Positions 39,769 through 51,054 are shown, counted from the first letter of the stretch. The stretch: 64,000 nt of DNA from Longimicrobiales bacterium (GCA_965218295.1 CBDCKN010000008.1:1-64000), one strand, 5' to 3'. The notes: generated by a model not told the origin, from the sequence alone. Made by a program: numbers and translations.

Positions 39769-40681
39769 AGATCGTCTGGACCCTCTCGATAGCACTCGGC
39801 TGGATCCTCCTCGATCCTGAGCCTCTGTGGGCATGGGGCCCAGGAACCCACATCGCGCTAGGAGAGACCCTTCTCGCGTCTCTCTACCTGCTCCGCCGGC
39901 CATACGGGCGATCATCGAGTCCAACCCGCTTCACTTCCTGTACGGATCTATCGCCGCCGACATCTCATTCGCCAAGAAGTACGTCCCAGAAGGCAGGCAC
40001 TGCCATCGCTGGCACGTGGGTGAGGAGATCCTGGCCACCGCTGACAGCCCGCGCCTGACGTCGGTGGGCTACGGCTACCTCGCTCATCTGGCGGCGGACA
40101 CGGTCGCCCACAATCTCTTCATGCCCCGGCAGCTGCTCACCACGAGCACCACGCAAGCACTCGGCCACGCGTACTGGGAGCACCGCATGGACATGCATGT
40201 CGGAGAGGAGTACCTGACCAAAGCGAGACATCTGGTCATGGAGAACGACTACTCCGAAGCGGACGAGCTCTTCGACCGGGTCCTCAGCGGCACCATCTTC
40301 AGCTTTCACACCAACCGCAGGATCTTCCGCGGGATGATCCGCTTCAGTGATCATGACCGCTGGAAGCAGGTGTTCGAGCGGGTCTTGCAGAAGTCACGCT
40401 TCGACCTGCCCCATGCCGCGGTGGAGACGTACCACGCCCTCTCGTTTGAGTACGTCGTCGACTACCTGGTATCGCGGGAGAGCTCCCGCCCGGCCATGCT
40501 CGACCCCACGGGAGAGCTCAACCTGAGGCTGGCGAAGAAGGTGCGCCGTCTCACCATGGCCCGGGGAGGGGCCGCCGACCCGGCTCACCTACACCGGAGC
40601 GCCGACGAGTTCTTTCCCCTGCCTGGCGACGCGCTCATCCACTGGCCCGAACGGGAGGGCATGGCGGTCATCAGCGACTGA
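39765..40681 (+). CDS. Zinc-dependent phospholipase C/P1-nuclease-family protein, frameshifted near 39893
   Basis: Signal peptide then AWGPGTH, GSIAAD, GYLAHLAADTVAHN, H-YWE; two frames joined by one missing C. Confidence 0.8.
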
Positions 40682-42101
40682 GCCGTTCCCTGAGAAGGTC
40701 TCCGGTGGCCTTGGGGTCGGCGCGCCCCCCCGACCGCTGCATGACGCGGCCGATGAAGTGACCCAGAAGCTTGGCCTCGCCTCCTCGATATCGCTCCACC
40801 TCCTCGGGACTCTCCGCCAGAACGCCGTCCACCCACGTCTCGAGCTCATCGGTGTCCTGGACCTGGGCGAGGCCTTCGGACTCGACGATTTCCGAGGCGC
40901 GTCGGCCCGAGTCCACCATGCGTCCCAACACCGTTCGTCCCATGCTGCCGGACAGCGTGCCGTTCTCCACGAGGGAGATAAGCTCCGCCACGTCGGCGGG
41001 TGTCGGGCCAAGGCCAGCGATGTCTCGACGAACCCGGTTCGCTTCCTTGAGGAGGGGGCCTCGGGCCCAGTTGGAGGCGGTCTTGGGATTCCCCAACAGG
41101 GACGCGAGCTCCTCGAAATAGTCCGCCAGTGAGCGGGAGGAGGTGAGGACCTCCACATCCCCCTCGGGAAGAGCCAGCTCCTCCAAAAGACGTGACTTCC
41201 GCTCGTGGGGCAGCTCCGGCAGCGCCTCCCACGACCGAGTCACGCGGTCGGCGTCAAGCCGGAGGAGGGGAAGATCGGGGTCGGGGAAGTAGCGATAGTC
41301 GTGGCTCTCCTCCTTGGAGCGCATGGACCGCACCGTGCCGTCACGCTCGTCCCAAAGGAGGGTCTCCTGAATTACGGCCTCACCGGATGCGAGCACCTCT
41401 TCTTGCCTCTCCACCTCACGTTGAAGGGCCTTCTCCACAGCCGAGAACGAGTTCAGGTTCTTGACCTCGGTCTTCACACCCAGCTCCTGCGAGCCGAAGG
41501 CCCTGAGCGAGACGTTGGCATCCACCCGGAGGCTGCCTTCCTCCATGTTGCAGTCGCTCACGTCCAGGTACTCCAGCGTGCGCTTGAGCCCTTGCAGGAA
41601 CGCTCTGGCCTCAGCCGGCGTCCGGAGGTCCGGCTCGGTCACGATCTCGATGAGCGGGACGCCCGCCCGGTTGAGGTCCACAGCCGTCCCCTCCGGAAAG
41701 CGGTCGTGAACGGACTTGCCGGCGTCTTCTTCAAGATGGGTCCGGCGGATCCGAATCGGACGCGCGTCGGATCCCGACCCGACCACGACGGATCCATTGG
41801 TGGCGAGGGGCTGCTCGAACTGCGTGATCTGATACCCCTTCGGCAGATCGGGGTAGAAGTAGCTCTTGCGCGCAAAGACGCTCACCCTGTGGACCTGGCA
41901 ATCGAGGCCCAGGGCCGCCGTGATCGCCAGATCTACGGCCTCTGCGTTCAGCACGGGGAGCGCGCCGGGCAACCCCAGGCACACCGGACAAACATGGCTG
42001 TTGGGCGGGGCACCGAAGGTCGTGGAGTCGGCACAGAACAGCTTCTCTGCCGTGCGGAGCTGTACGTGGACCTCCAGACCGATGACGGTCTCCCAGCTCA
42101 T
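40671..42101 (-). CDS. gatB: Asp/Glu-tRNA amidotransferase subunit B
   Basis: [42 protein letters not shown]. Confidence 0.97.
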   Translation of the reverse strand: MSWETVIGLEVHVQLRTAEKLFCADSTTFGAPPNSHVCPVCLGLPGALPVLNAEAVDLAITAALGLDCQVHRVSVFARKSYFYPDLPKGYQITQFEQPLATNGSVVVGSGSDARPIRIRRTHLEEDAGKSVHDRFPEGTAVDLNRAGVPLIEIVTEPDLRTPAEARAFLQGLKRTLEYLDVSDCNMEEGSLRVDANVSLRAFGSQELGVKTEVKNLNSFSAVEKALQREVERQEEVLASGEAVIQETLLWDERDGTVRSMRSKEESHDYRYFPDPDLPLLRLDADRVTRSWEALPELPHERKSRLLEELALPEGDVEVLTSSRSLADYFEELASLLGNPKTASNWARGPLLKEANRVRRDIAGLGPTPADVAELISLVENGTLSGSMGRTVLGRMVDSGRRASEIVESEGLAQVQDTDELETWVDGVLAESPEEVERYRGGEAKLLGHFIGRVMQRSGGRADPKATGDLLRERLSR

Positions 42102-43567
42102 TCCGCCCCTCCTTCCCCAGGGTCTCCCGCAGGAGCCCCCGACCGACCAGCCGAATCGCCGGCGGACTCGAGAGCCGCTGCCGCCCGGAACAGGGCAGAC
42201 TCGCCCCACCAGGGTGCGATGACCTGGCCCCCCACGGGTAGCCCGTCGGAGTCACCCACCGGTACGGAGATTGCGGGCACGCCAGCCAGGTTCGCCGTGA
42301 CAGTGAAGACGTCGGCCAGGTACATCTGAAGCGGATCCTCGATGCGCTCACCGAGGGGAAACGCCACCGTAGGGGACGTGGGAGTGAAAAGTACGTCGAT
42401 CCCGTCCTGGAAGACCTCCCCGAAATCCGCCGACACCAGGCGACGCACTCGCTGGGCCCGGCCGTAGTACTGCTCATAGTAGCCGGCAGTCAGAGCGAAC
42501 GTGCCCAGGAGGATCCGTCGTTTCACCTCGTCACCGAACCCGGAGGTGCGCGTCTTCTCATACAACTCGCCCAAGTCCCGGCAGCCGTCCTGCCGAGCTC
42601 CATATCGCACGCCGTCGAAACGGGCCAGGTTGCTCGAGGCCTCGGCGTTGGCCACCACGTAGTAGGCCGGAAGCGCATACGGAGTGTTGGGGAGCGAAAC
42701 CTCACGGATGATGGCCCCGCGCTCCTCGAGCGCATCCAGAGCTTCCTGGCAGCGCGCCTGCACTCCCTCCTCCAACGCATCTCCGAAGTACTCCCGGGGC
42801 ACACCGACCACCAAGCCCTCGGCTCCTTCGTCACATGCCGCCGCCAGGTCGGGGATGGTCCGCTCGACCGACGTGGAGTCCAGAGGATCGTGCCCTGCCA
42901 CGACCTGCAGGAGCTCCGCCGCATCGCGCACAGTTCGCCCGAACGTACCGACCTGGTCCAGGGACGAGGCGAATGCGACCAGCCCGTACCGGCTCACGAG
43001 ACCGTAGGTCGGCTTGACCCCCACGACGCCACAGAAGGCGGCGGGCTGTCGCACCGACCCCCCGGTGTCGGAGCCCAAGGCCCCCGGAACCAGCCCGGCC
43101 GCAACGGCGGCCGCGGAGCCTCCCGAGCTGCCGCCGGGCACCCGGGTGGGATCCACCGGATTACGCACGGGTCCGAACGCCGAGTTCTCGCTCGACGAGC
43201 CCATGGCGAACTCGTCCATGTTGGTCTTACCCACCACCACCGCCCCCTCCTCCCGTAGCCGTCGCACGACGGTGGCCTCGTAGGGAGAGCGATACCCTTC
43301 AAGGATCTTGGAGGCGCACGTAGTAGGGAGCCCGTCGGTGGTGGCGAGGTTATCCTTGACGGCCACCGGCACCCCGGCGAGCCGTCCTTCGGCCGGCCCG
43401 CCTCCCGGTAGCTCGAGGTCGTCGGACGAGAGCACGGCCAGGAAGGCATTCAGAGGCTCGGGGCCTTCTTCACGCTCCCGGAGCTTCTGGAGCGCGGCCT
43501 GCCCAGGCTCCAGCGGATCCACATCCCCGGCACGGACAGCCGCGGCGACGGAGGCGATGTGCGTCAT
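42098..43567 (-). CDS. gatA: Asp/Glu-tRNA amidotransferase subunit A
   Basis: [40 protein letters not shown]. Confidence 0.97.
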   Translation of the reverse strand: MTHIASVAAAVRAGDVDPLEPGQAALQKLREREEGPEPLNAFLAVLSSDDLELPGGGPAEGRLAGVPVAVKDNLATTDGLPTTCASKILEGYRSPYEATVVRRLREEGAVVVGKTNMDEFAMGSSSENSAFGPVRNPVDPTRVPGGSSGGSAAAVAAGLVPGALGSDTGGSVRQPAAFCGVVGVKPTYGLVSRYGLVAFASSLDQVGTFGRTVRDAAELLQVVAGHDPLDSTSVERTIPDLAAACDEGAEGLVVGVPREYFGDALEEGVQARCQEALDALEERGAIIREVSLPNTPYALPAYYVVANAEASSNLARFDGVRYGARQDGCRDLGELYEKTRTSGFGDEVKRRILLGTFALTAGYYEQYYGRAQRVRRLVSADFGEVFQDGIDVLFTPTSPTVAFPLGERIEDPLQMYLADVFTVTANLAGVPAISVPVGDSDGLPVGGQVIAPWWGESALFRAAAALESAGDSAGRSGAPAGDPGEGGAE

Positions 43568-43884
43568 TCTTGGCTCGAGGGCTTGTCCTCACCACCGAGG
43601 GACGGTGGGGAGGGAACGACGAAGAAACCGTCCCTGAAGTCCGGCGCGTAGTCGCTCGGCGGCTCGACCAGGGGATCGGGCTCCCGTTCACCGGGACCGC
43701 GCTCGGGGGCGCCGCCTTCGCTAGGATCCACGGCCTGCGCACCGTCTACGGACACGGACGACAGGGTGTCCACGTACTCCAGAATGTCGTTGAGGTCTCG
43801 CCCAAGCTCTTCAGCCTCCGCCTCTGCAAGGCGCACACGAGCGAGCTTCGCGATCCGGCGAACGTCTTCGCGACTTACAGACAC
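43564..43884 (-). CDS. gatC: Asp/Glu-tRNA amidotransferase subunit C
   Basis: [10 protein letters not shown]...ILEYVDTL...GFFVVP. Confidence 0.9.
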   Translation of the reverse strand: MSVSREDVRRIAKLARVRLAEAEAEELGRDLNDILEYVDTLSSVSVDGAQAVDPSEGGAPERGPGEREPDPLVEPPSDYAPDFRDGFFVVPSPPSLGGEDKPSSQE

Positions 43885-43893
43885 GACGCGCTG

Positions 43894-46197
43894 TCAGTCG
43901 TAGTCACGGCGGAGACCCGCGTACCGGACCACCAGACTCTTTCTGCCCACCGACTCGAAGTTGATCGTCACCTTGAGATCTCTCCCAAAGCCCGAGACTT
44001 CGCCCACGGTTCCGGACCCGAACGTCTCGTGGACCACCCTCTCACCCTTCACGAAGCGTGGAAGGTCCTGGTTGAGGGCGTCGTCGAGATCGAGATCGTC
44101 GTCTGGCGTCTCCCGGTCGCTGGCCACATACGATCTATCCCGGCGGGCCCTCCGTGACAGGTAACCTCCCGTACTCCCCACGACCGAGGTCTCCACCTCT
44201 TCCAGGAGATGCTCGGGAATGGCTGCGACGAACGGTGAGAGACGTCCATACATGATGTCGCCGGCGCGGCGTCGTTGCCGAGCGTGGGTCAGAAAGAGCT
44301 TGTCCTCGGCCCGCGTGATCCCGACGTAAAAGAGGCGACGCTCCTCCTCCAGCTCCGCCGGCTCGTCGTAGGCGCGGCTCAACGGGAAGAGCCCGTCTTC
44401 GAGCCCCGAGATGAATACCACCGGAAATTCCAGCCCCTTGGCGTTGTGGAGGGTCATCATCGTCACCGCGTCGGCGTCGGGGTCGTGGCGATCCACGTCG
44501 GCCACGAGTGCGACCTGTTGGAGGAACAAATCGAGCTCGGTGAAGTGATCGAAGTCGTCGTCTTCCAACTCCTCCATGAGCTCTGCATTGTAGTCGAGCG
44601 CCCCGGCGATGAGCTCGCGTACGTTGTCGGCCCGATCCTCGCCCTCGGGTCCTTCGTCCTCGAGATGGCGTGAGAGCTCCAGTTCCTTCACGAGACTCTC
44701 TATTAGCTCGCCTACCCGCATCTGGGAGGCCAGCGCCGAATACCTCTGTATCAGTATGGCGAACCGCTTGAGGCCCCTGGCGCCCGCCGTCGGAATCTCG
44801 GGCGCTTCGTCGGCCCTTGAGGCCGCCTCCAACAGTCCGACTTCATGGGACTCGGCCCAGCTCGCCAGACGCTCCTGCGTGGCGGCGCCGACCCCGCGGC
44901 GGGGGTAGTTCACGATGCGCTCGAACGCCCCGGCATCCAGGGGATTCGAGATGAGCCGAAGGTAGGCCAGGACGTCCTGGATCTCACGACGCTCGTAGAA
45001 CCGGACCCCGCCGACGATCTGGTACGGCAGGCCCCGCCGGCGAAACACGTCCTCCAGCGCCCGGGACTGGGCGTTGGTACGATAGAGGATGGCTACCTCG
45101 CGATGCGTGAGACCGGGAGCCTCCGCCAGGCGGCCCTCGATCTGATCGCAGATCCAACGTGCCTCGTCCGTCTCGCCAGCAGAGGTCAGGAGCGTGATCC
45201 GCTCCCCCCCTGCTCGATCCGTGCGCAGCGTCTTCCCCTTCCGCTGCACGTTTTCCGCGATGACCGTGTTGGCCGCTGAGAGGATCACTTCGGTGGAGCG
45301 GTAGTTCTGCTCCAAGCGCACGACATGTGCACCCAGAAACGCCGTCTCGAAGTCGAGGATGTTTCGGATGTCGGCTCCCCGCCAGCCATAGATACTCTGA
45401 TCGTCGTCTCCCACGACCATGAGGTTCTGGTGCTCCGACGCCAAGAGCTCCACGAAACGGAATTGCGCGCGATTCGTGTCCTGATACTCGTCCACCAGCA
45501 CGAAGTTGAAGCGGCGTCGATACCTGCTCAGAAGATCCGGATGGGCCTCGAGAAGCTCCACCGGCTTGACCAGCAGGTCATCGAAGTCGAACGCGTTCTG
45601 GTTCTTCAACGACTCCTGGTACGCCGGGTACACTCGGGCCACGTTGCGGGCCAAGATGTCGGAGCTCCCCTCGTTCTCTTCGACGAACTGCTGCGGCGAG
45701 ACGAGCTGATTCTTCGCTCCGCTCAGGTGCGCGCGAATCGCCTTCGGGCTCCAACGCCGCGTGTCCAGACCCACCGCCTCGGCCGTCTTCTTGATGAGCT
45801 TGAGACTCTGCTCGGCATCGAAGATGGTGAAGGTGTTCGTCCAACCCAGGCTCGGAGCATGCCGGCGCAGAAGGCGAGCACCCAGGGAGTGGAAAGTGCC
45901 GATCCACATGCCTCGGGGCTTCTCGCCCAGCAGAACGGTGATCCTCTCCCGCATCTCGCCGGCTGCCTTGTTGGTGAACGTGACGGACAAGATACGGTCA
46001 GGGGGAACGCCCTGTTCGTGGATCAGGTGAGCGACGCGGGTGGTGAGGACGCGGGTCTTGCCCGACCCGGCACCTGCCAAGACGAGCAGCGGTCCCTCGA
46101 AATGCGTCACCGCCTCGCGTTGGCTCTCGTTCAGCTGCGTCAAATACGAATCGGAGGCGACCGCGCGCCGGTCCCGTGCTTCAGCAGAGGTGTTCAG
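43894..46197 (-). CDS. pcrA: UvrD/PcrA superfamily-1 DNA helicase (start uncertain)
   Basis: AGAGSGKT, DEYQD, GDDDQSIYGWRGA, NYRS, TLHNAKGLEF, EERRLFYVGITRA. Confidence 0.93.
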   Translation of the reverse strand: MNTSAEARDRRAVASDSYLTQLNESQREAVTHFEGPLLVLAGAGSGKTRVLTTRVAHLIHEQGVPPDRILSVTFTNKAAGEMRERITVLLGEKPRGMWIGTFHSLGARLLRRHAPSLGWTNTFTIFDAEQSLKLIKKTAEAVGLDTRRWSPKAIRAHLSGAKNQLVSPQQFVEENEGSSDILARNVARVYPAYQESLKNQNAFDFDDLLVKPVELLEAHPDLLSRYRRRFNFVLVDEYQDTNRAQFRFVELLASEHQNLMVVGDDDQSIYGWRGADIRNILDFETAFLGAHVVRLEQNYRSTEVILSAANTVIAENVQRKGKTLRTDRAGGERITLLTSAGETDEARWICDQIEGRLAEAPGLTHREVAILYRTNAQSRALEDVFRRRGLPYQIVGGVRFYERREIQDVLAYLRLISNPLDAGAFERIVNYPRRGVGAATQERLASWAESHEVGLLEAASRADEAPEIPTAGARGLKRFAILIQRYSALASQMRVGELIESLVKELELSRHLEDEGPEGEDRADNVRELIAGALDYNAELMEELEDDDFDHFTELDLFLQQVALVADVDRHDPDADAVTMMTLHNAKGLEFPVVFISGLEDGLFPLSRAYDEPAELEEERRLFYVGITRAEDKLFLTHARQRRRAGDIMYGRLSPFVAAIPEHLLEEVETSVVGSTGGYLSRRARRDRSYVASDRETPDDDLDLDDALNQDLPRFVKGERVVHETFGSGTVGEVSGFGRDLKVTINFESVGRKSLVVRYAGLRRDYD

Positions 46198-46211
46198 TGC
46201 ATCGACTCCGA

Positions 46212-47429
46212 TCAGGGACGGGCCGCAGGAAGACGGACCTCGAAGGTGGCTCCAGCACCCTCGGTGTCCAGAAGATATATGTGACCCTTGTGGCCAGACT
46301 CGACGATCCGACGGGACAGGGTGAGGCCGACCCCCCAACCACGGTCCTTTCCGCTGACGCCGGGCTCGAAAATCTTGTCGCGCACCTCCGGATCCACCCC
46401 CGGGCCCGTATCCTTGATGCGCAGATGCACCCAGCCCGGAAGACCCTTTCGGACCTGCAGCAGGATCTCGCCCCCCCGTCCGGCCATCGCGTCCAAGGCG
46501 TTCTTCACCACGTTCTCGAGAGCCCATGAGAGGAGCACTTCATTCCCGAGGATCTTCGGCATGCCCTTGGGCACGTCGACGACGATGAGGATGCCAGTGG
46601 TGAGCCTGGGAAGACGCGCCTGCAGGTAGCTCTCCAGCTCCCTCACGACCTCACGGATGTCCAGGGGCTCCAGCTCGGGATCCAGACCGATGAGCTCGAA
46701 GCGGTGGCTGATACGCTCCAGCCTCACGAGATCCTCCTCGATCCCACCGGCGACGGTGTCGGACTCGAGGGATCCGGGCCTTTCCTCCACCGGCAGGCGA
46801 AGAAGCTCCAGCCAACCCTGCAGGGACGAGATGGGCGTCCCCAACTGGTGAGCCAGCTCGCGCGCCATAACTGTCCAAGCCTTCTCCTGCTCAGCTCTGC
46901 GCTGGTACCGGATCACGAGGAATCCGATGAGCAGGGTGATCGCCAGACCGCTGGCCTGGAAGTAGGGAATCCACTTGAGCCCGGACAGCTGTGGAGTATC
47001 CCCGAAGTGGATCACGTTCCCCCCAGCCCCCCTGACGGGTTCGCGGCCCGTGGCGGTCAGGCGCCGGACCAACGCTTTGACCTGCTCCTGGCCCTCCGGA
47101 GTGTAGATGTCGAACGGCAGGTTCTCCACTGAAAGGACGCTGTCAGCCCCGTCCATGACGATCAGAGGAATGAGCGACCGGATGACGACCCCCTGTAGTT
47201 CGAAGAGGGCGAGGTCGAAACGGCCCGCATCCCGGAATCCCTCCTCGACGTCCGCCGTCTCTAGGTCTCCCGGGTCCTGGATGAGCTCCTGGGCGAGGGT
47301 GAACACCTCCGTCATGAGCTCTTGGTTGCGATGCAGCCCGTCGACGATTTGCTTGGTATAGAGGAGATACCAAGCCAAAAGTGCAAAAAAGAGCGTGGCC
47401 AGCGCAACGGGCCACTTGATGCGCATCAT
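46212..47429 (-). CDS. Two-TM sensor histidine kinase
   Basis: ELAHQLGTP H-box, ENVVKNALDA, DTGPG, GWGVGL. Confidence 0.93.
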   Translation of the reverse strand: MMRIKWPVALATLFFALLAWYLLYTKQIVDGLHRNQELMTEVFTLAQELIQDPGDLETADVEEGFRDAGRFDLALFELQGVVIRSLIPLIVMDGADSVLSVENLPFDIYTPEGQEQVKALVRRLTATGREPVRGAGGNVIHFGDTPQLSGLKWIPYFQASGLAITLLIGFLVIRYQRRAEQEKAWTVMARELAHQLGTPISSLQGWLELLRLPVEERPGSLESDTVAGGIEEDLVRLERISHRFELIGLDPELEPLDIREVVRELESYLQARLPRLTTGILIVVDVPKGMPKILGNEVLLSWALENVVKNALDAMAGRGGEILLQVRKGLPGWVHLRIKDTGPGVDPEVRDKIFEPGVSGKDRGWGVGLTLSRRIVESGHKGHIYLLDTEGAGATFEVRLPAARP

Positions 47430-47502
47430 GGGGCGGATCCTCCGTTACGCTGGTCGATCCCCCTCTGCATTGTCCTGCCCGCCCTACCGGACTCCCGATC
47501 CA

Positions 47503-48780
47503 CTACGCTTCGATGATCGCGAGGCCGAGTCGCTCCTGGAGGGCTTCGGGTATCCGCACCGAGCCGTCGGCCTGCTGGTATGTTTCCAGGAGGGCCACGA
47601 TGAGTCTCGGAAGAGCCAGGGCCGAACCGTTGAGCGTGTGTACGAACTCGGGCTTTCCCCCGGCCACCGGACGGTAGCGGAGGTTGGCCCTCCGGGCCTG
47701 ATAGTCGGTGCAAGTGCTGCAGCTTGACACCTCGAGCCACTGTGCGACGCCAGGCGCCCAAACTTCCAGGTCGTAGGTCATCCCGGCTGAGAATCCGAGA
47801 TCCTCGGTGGCCAAAGTCACAACCCGGTAATGGAGACCCAGCCGTTGAAGGATCGATTCCGCCTCGGCGGTGAGCTCCTCCAGGGCCTCACGCCCCCGCT
47901 CCGGGGTCTCATACCGGACCAGCTCCACCTTGTCGAACTGGTGGACTCGTAGAAGGCCCCGTGTGTCGGCCCCAGCGGCCCCCGCCTCTCGGCGGAAGCA
48001 GGGGCTGTACGCCGTATACCGTACCGGAAGATCTTGGGCCGACAGAAGCTCGTCGCGATGCAGGTTGGTCACGGGCACTTCGGCGGTCGGGATCAACCAC
48101 AGGGCGTCCCGCTCGGTCTGATACGACTCGTCGGCGAACCTGGGTAGCTGGCCCGTGCCCATGAGGGTGTCGCGGGTCACGAGATACGGGACCCGGACCT
48201 CGGTATAGCCGTTCTCCCCTGTGTGGATGTCGAGCATGTAGTCGATGAGGCACCGCTGCAGCCGGGCTCCAACGCCCTTGAGCACGGGAAAGCCCGAGCC
48301 GGAGATCTTGGTTCCCCTGGGCAGATCCAGGATGTCGAGGTCGCTTCCGAGCTCCCAGTGGGGCTTCGGCTCGAAGTCGAACTCCACCGGCGAGCCCACC
48401 ACTCGGACGACCTCGTTGCACTCCACATCTCCCTCGGGCACCTCCTCCAGAGGGAGATTCGGGATCAACAGCAGGAGCTCACGAATCCGGCTCTCTGCTT
48501 CGACGACCTCGGCATCGATCTCTGAGATGCGCTGACCGACATCACGCATCTCGGCAATCATGTCGTCGGCGTCAGCACCCTCCCGCTTGAGCTCGCCGAT
48601 CTTCTTCGAGGCTTCGTTCCGCTCCGCTTTGAGGTCGTTCACCTCACTGAGACACGCCCGCCGTCTCTCGTCGAGCTCCAGAGTCTCGTCGACGGATTCC
48701 ACTAGTCCCTTCAATCCTCGCCGCGCCAGGGCGGCTTTCACCACATCAGGCTCGCTCCGGATTCGCCGAATGTCGAGCAC
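47503..48780 (-). CDS. serS: Serine--tRNA ligase
   Basis: LIPTAEV, FRREAG, RVHQFDKVE, HTLNGSALA. Confidence 0.97.
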   Translation of the reverse strand: MLDIRRIRSEPDVVKAALARRGLKGLVESVDETLELDERRRACLSEVNDLKAERNEASKKIGELKREGADADDMIAEMRDVGQRISEIDAEVVEAESRIRELLLLIPNLPLEEVPEGDVECNEVVRVVGSPVEFDFEPKPHWELGSDLDILDLPRGTKISGSGFPVLKGVGARLQRCLIDYMLDIHTGENGYTEVRVPYLVTRDTLMGTGQLPRFADESYQTERDALWLIPTAEVPVTNLHRDELLSAQDLPVRYTAYSPCFRREAGAAGADTRGLLRVHQFDKVELVRYETPERGREALEELTAEAESILQRLGLHYRVVTLATEDLGFSAGMTYDLEVWAPGVAQWLEVSSCSTCTDYQARRANLRYRPVAGGKPEFVHTLNGSALALPRLIVALLETYQQADGSVRIPEALQERLGLAIIEA

Positions 48781-48781
48781 G

Positions 48782-49366
48782 TCAGTCTTCGTCTGGAGGG
48801 ATGAGGTCCCGGTCGCTACAAAGGGGATTCGCGTCGTAGACGAACCGTAACGTGCCCAACGGTACATCGATCTCCAGGGCTTCCATCTTGGCATAGAAGA
48901 CGCAATTGAAGCCGAACCGATCCGGACCCAGGTTCGTTCGGATCACGTAAACCGAGCCTAACGCCAGCGGGACGGCCTCGTCACTCGTGTAGGCGGTCGT
49001 GTCGGCCGGAGCCTCGCGCACGTCGTCGAATCTCAGGCCGGGAAGCTCGATGATCCTGGCCGCGCTAGGGATTCCGAGAACTTCCGGAAGCAGGAAGACC
49101 AGCTGGTCGTCCTGGGTGTCGAGAATAACGTCCCAGAGGCCTGTGGACCCAGGCGCCTCGACGATCCGTGTAACCCTGCCGTGGAAGTCGAACGCCGACG
49201 GGAGGTTCAGCTCGGGGCGGGCGAAAGAGTAGAGCAGCACCGTGTCGGGGGTCTGAATCCACCCGATGTCGAAGGGGTTTCTCCCTTCACATGCGGCCAG
49301 CCCGAAACTCACAGCGATCGCAGCGACGCCGATGGTCGCAAATCTAGGGAGGATGTACCTGTTCAC
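48782..49366 (-). CDS. Hypothetical lipoprotein (HmuY-like pattern)
   Basis: Lipobox LAAC; WDV-LD...YVIRT...YAK. Confidence 0.7.
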   Translation of the reverse strand: MNRYILPRFATIGVAAIAVSFGLAACEGRNPFDIGWIQTPDTVLLYSFARPELNLPSAFDFHGRVTRIVEAPGSTGLWDVILDTQDDQLVFLLPEVLGIPSAARIIELPGLRFDDVREAPADTTAYTSDEAVPLALGSVYVIRTNLGPDRFGFNCVFYAKMEALEIDVPLGTLRFVYDANPLCSDRDLIPPDED

Positions 49367-49395
49367 ACGCAATTTTGGGTTGAAATTGAGGCCCA

Positions 49396-49477
49396 AGACT
49401 ACCCGAAGTGACTCGAGGGTGTCAACCCTGCAAGTGCCTGACGTTCCTTGACTTCTACACCATTTAGCGGGTAGGTT
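49396..49477. promoter_or_regulatory. Back-to-back sigma70-like promoters
   Basis: Minus strand TTGACA-18-TAGTCT (49425-49396); plus strand TTGACT-18-TAGGTT (49448-49477). Confidence 0.5.
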
Positions 49478-49514
49478 CCCGCCCCGAGATCGCCTCAGGA
49501 AGGAGCCGAAATCG

Positions 49515-49916
49515 ATGCCGAAGGCTGCTAAATCCGCTGCCCCACGCGGGCACATCCTGGTAGCCGATGACGAGCCCCATATTCGGCGTATCCTGCAGAC
49601 ACTTCTCGAGACGGCCGCCTTCCACGTTGACACCCAGCCCGACGGCACGGCGGCCATCAAGGCCCTCGAGGGTGATGAGCGCTACGACCTGATCCTCTTG
49701 GACATCATGATGCCCGGGGCCACCGGCCTGGAGGTACTCAGCCACCTCCGCGAGCTCAAGCATCGTAAGTCCACACCCGTTGTCATTCTCACGGCCAAGG
49801 GACAGGATGCGGACCGCGAGCAGGCATTCTCCCTGGGAGCGAACGACTTCCTCACCAAGCCCTTCAGCCCCAAGAAGCTCCTTGCCAGAATCAACGAGAT
49901 CCTCCAGGGATCCTGA
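49515..49916 (+). CDS. Single-domain response regulator
   Basis: ILVADDE, LLDIMMP, LTAK, FLTKPF. Confidence 0.93.
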   Translation: MPKAAKSAAPRGHILVADDEPHIRRILQTLLETAAFHVDTQPDGTAAIKALEGDERYDLILLDIMMPGATGLEVLSHLRELKHRKSTPVVILTAKGQDADREQAFSLGANDFLTKPFSPKKLLARINEILQGS

Positions 49917-51054
49917 TCCCCACCTCTACATCACGATTCTGGCGGGAGGAGTCGGAAGTCGATTCTGGCCCGCAAGCACTCCCGCGAGGCCCAAACAACT
50001 GCTCCCACTCGCCTCGTCCGAGCCCCTCATCATCGACACCCTCGCGAGGGCCCGACGGGTCGTATCCGATGACAGGATCCGCATCCTGACTGGAGCGAAG
50101 GTCGCACGTGCCCTAAAGGAAGTTCTGCCCGACCTGAGCGACGACGGGCTGATGATCGAGCCGCAGACCCGAGGCACGGCACCGGTGCTGGCATGGGCGG
50201 CCTGGGAGATGGCCAGGCACGATCCCCAGGCTGTCCTGATCTCCCTCCACGCCGATCACATGATCAGGCCGGAATCCAGCTTCGTGGATCTGATTCACGC
50301 CGCCGCAGCCCTGGCGGGCCGAGAGGACCTGCTCTTGACGGTGGCGGTCCCACCGACTCGCCCGGAGACGGGATACGGATATATCGAGCCCGGCGAAACC
50401 ATCGAGGCTTCCGACGGGATCCACGCCTTTCGCGTGGCGTCTTTCCAGGAGAAGCCGGACCAGGAGACGGCGGAGTCCTATGTGGCAGCCGGCCATCTAT
50501 GGAACAGTGGTATCTTCCTGTGGAAAGCCTCGACCTTCCTAGAGGAGTTGGAGGCCGTCGCGCCGGAGATCGCCGATCTCCTTCCCCTCTTGGAGGAGGA
50601 CAGGGTCCACGAATTCTTCGCCCGGGCCCCGGTCATGACCGTCGACGTGGCGGTGCTCGAGCGGAGCGGGCGGGTGGCATCCGTCGCCGCGACATTCGAG
50701 TGGGATGACGTAGGTAGTTGGGAGGCGCTGATGCGCAGCCAGGAACCCGACGAAAAGGGCAACGTGATCATTGGGAGCGGGCACATGGTCGAGAGCTCGC
50801 GGAACGTGGTCTACTCCCCCGAGGGCACCGTGGTGGCCTACGGAGTGGAGGATCTCGTCATCGTCCAGTCCGGGGAGGTGACCCTGGTGACGCGTAGAGA
50901 GCTCGCCCCCACCCTGAAGGACCTCCTGGACCAGCTTCCCCCGGAGCTCCGGGAGGGAGCGAGCCTTGCGGATGGAGGAGGCCTTGCCGGAGGAACCCTC
51001 TCGGACGAGGCCAGCCTGCCGGACGAGACCCGCCCCCCGGAGGAAGCCGGCTGA
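49915..51054 (+). CDS. manC: Mannose-1-phosphate guanylyltransferase (start unclear)
   Basis: ILAGGVGSRFWP, PKQLL, ETGYGYI, F-EKP, WNSG, WDDVGSW. Confidence 0.9.
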   Translation, partial: DPHLYITILAGGVGSRFWPASTPARPKQLLPLASSEPLIIDTLARARRVVSDDRIRILTGAKVARALKEVLPDLSDDGLMIEPQTRGTAPVLAWAAWEMARHDPQAVLISLHADHMIRPESSFVDLIHAAAALAGREDLLLTVAVPPTRPETGYGYIEPGETIEASDGIHAFRVASFQEKPDQETAESYVAAGHLWNSGIFLWKASTFLEELEAVAPEIADLLPLLEEDRVHEFFARAPVMTVDVAVLERSGRVASVAATFEWDDVGSWEALMRSQEPDEKGNVIIGSGHMVESSRNVVYSPEGTVVAYGVEDLVIVQSGEVTLVTRRELAPTLKDLLDQLPPELREGASLADGGGLAGGTLSDEASLPDETRPPEEAG

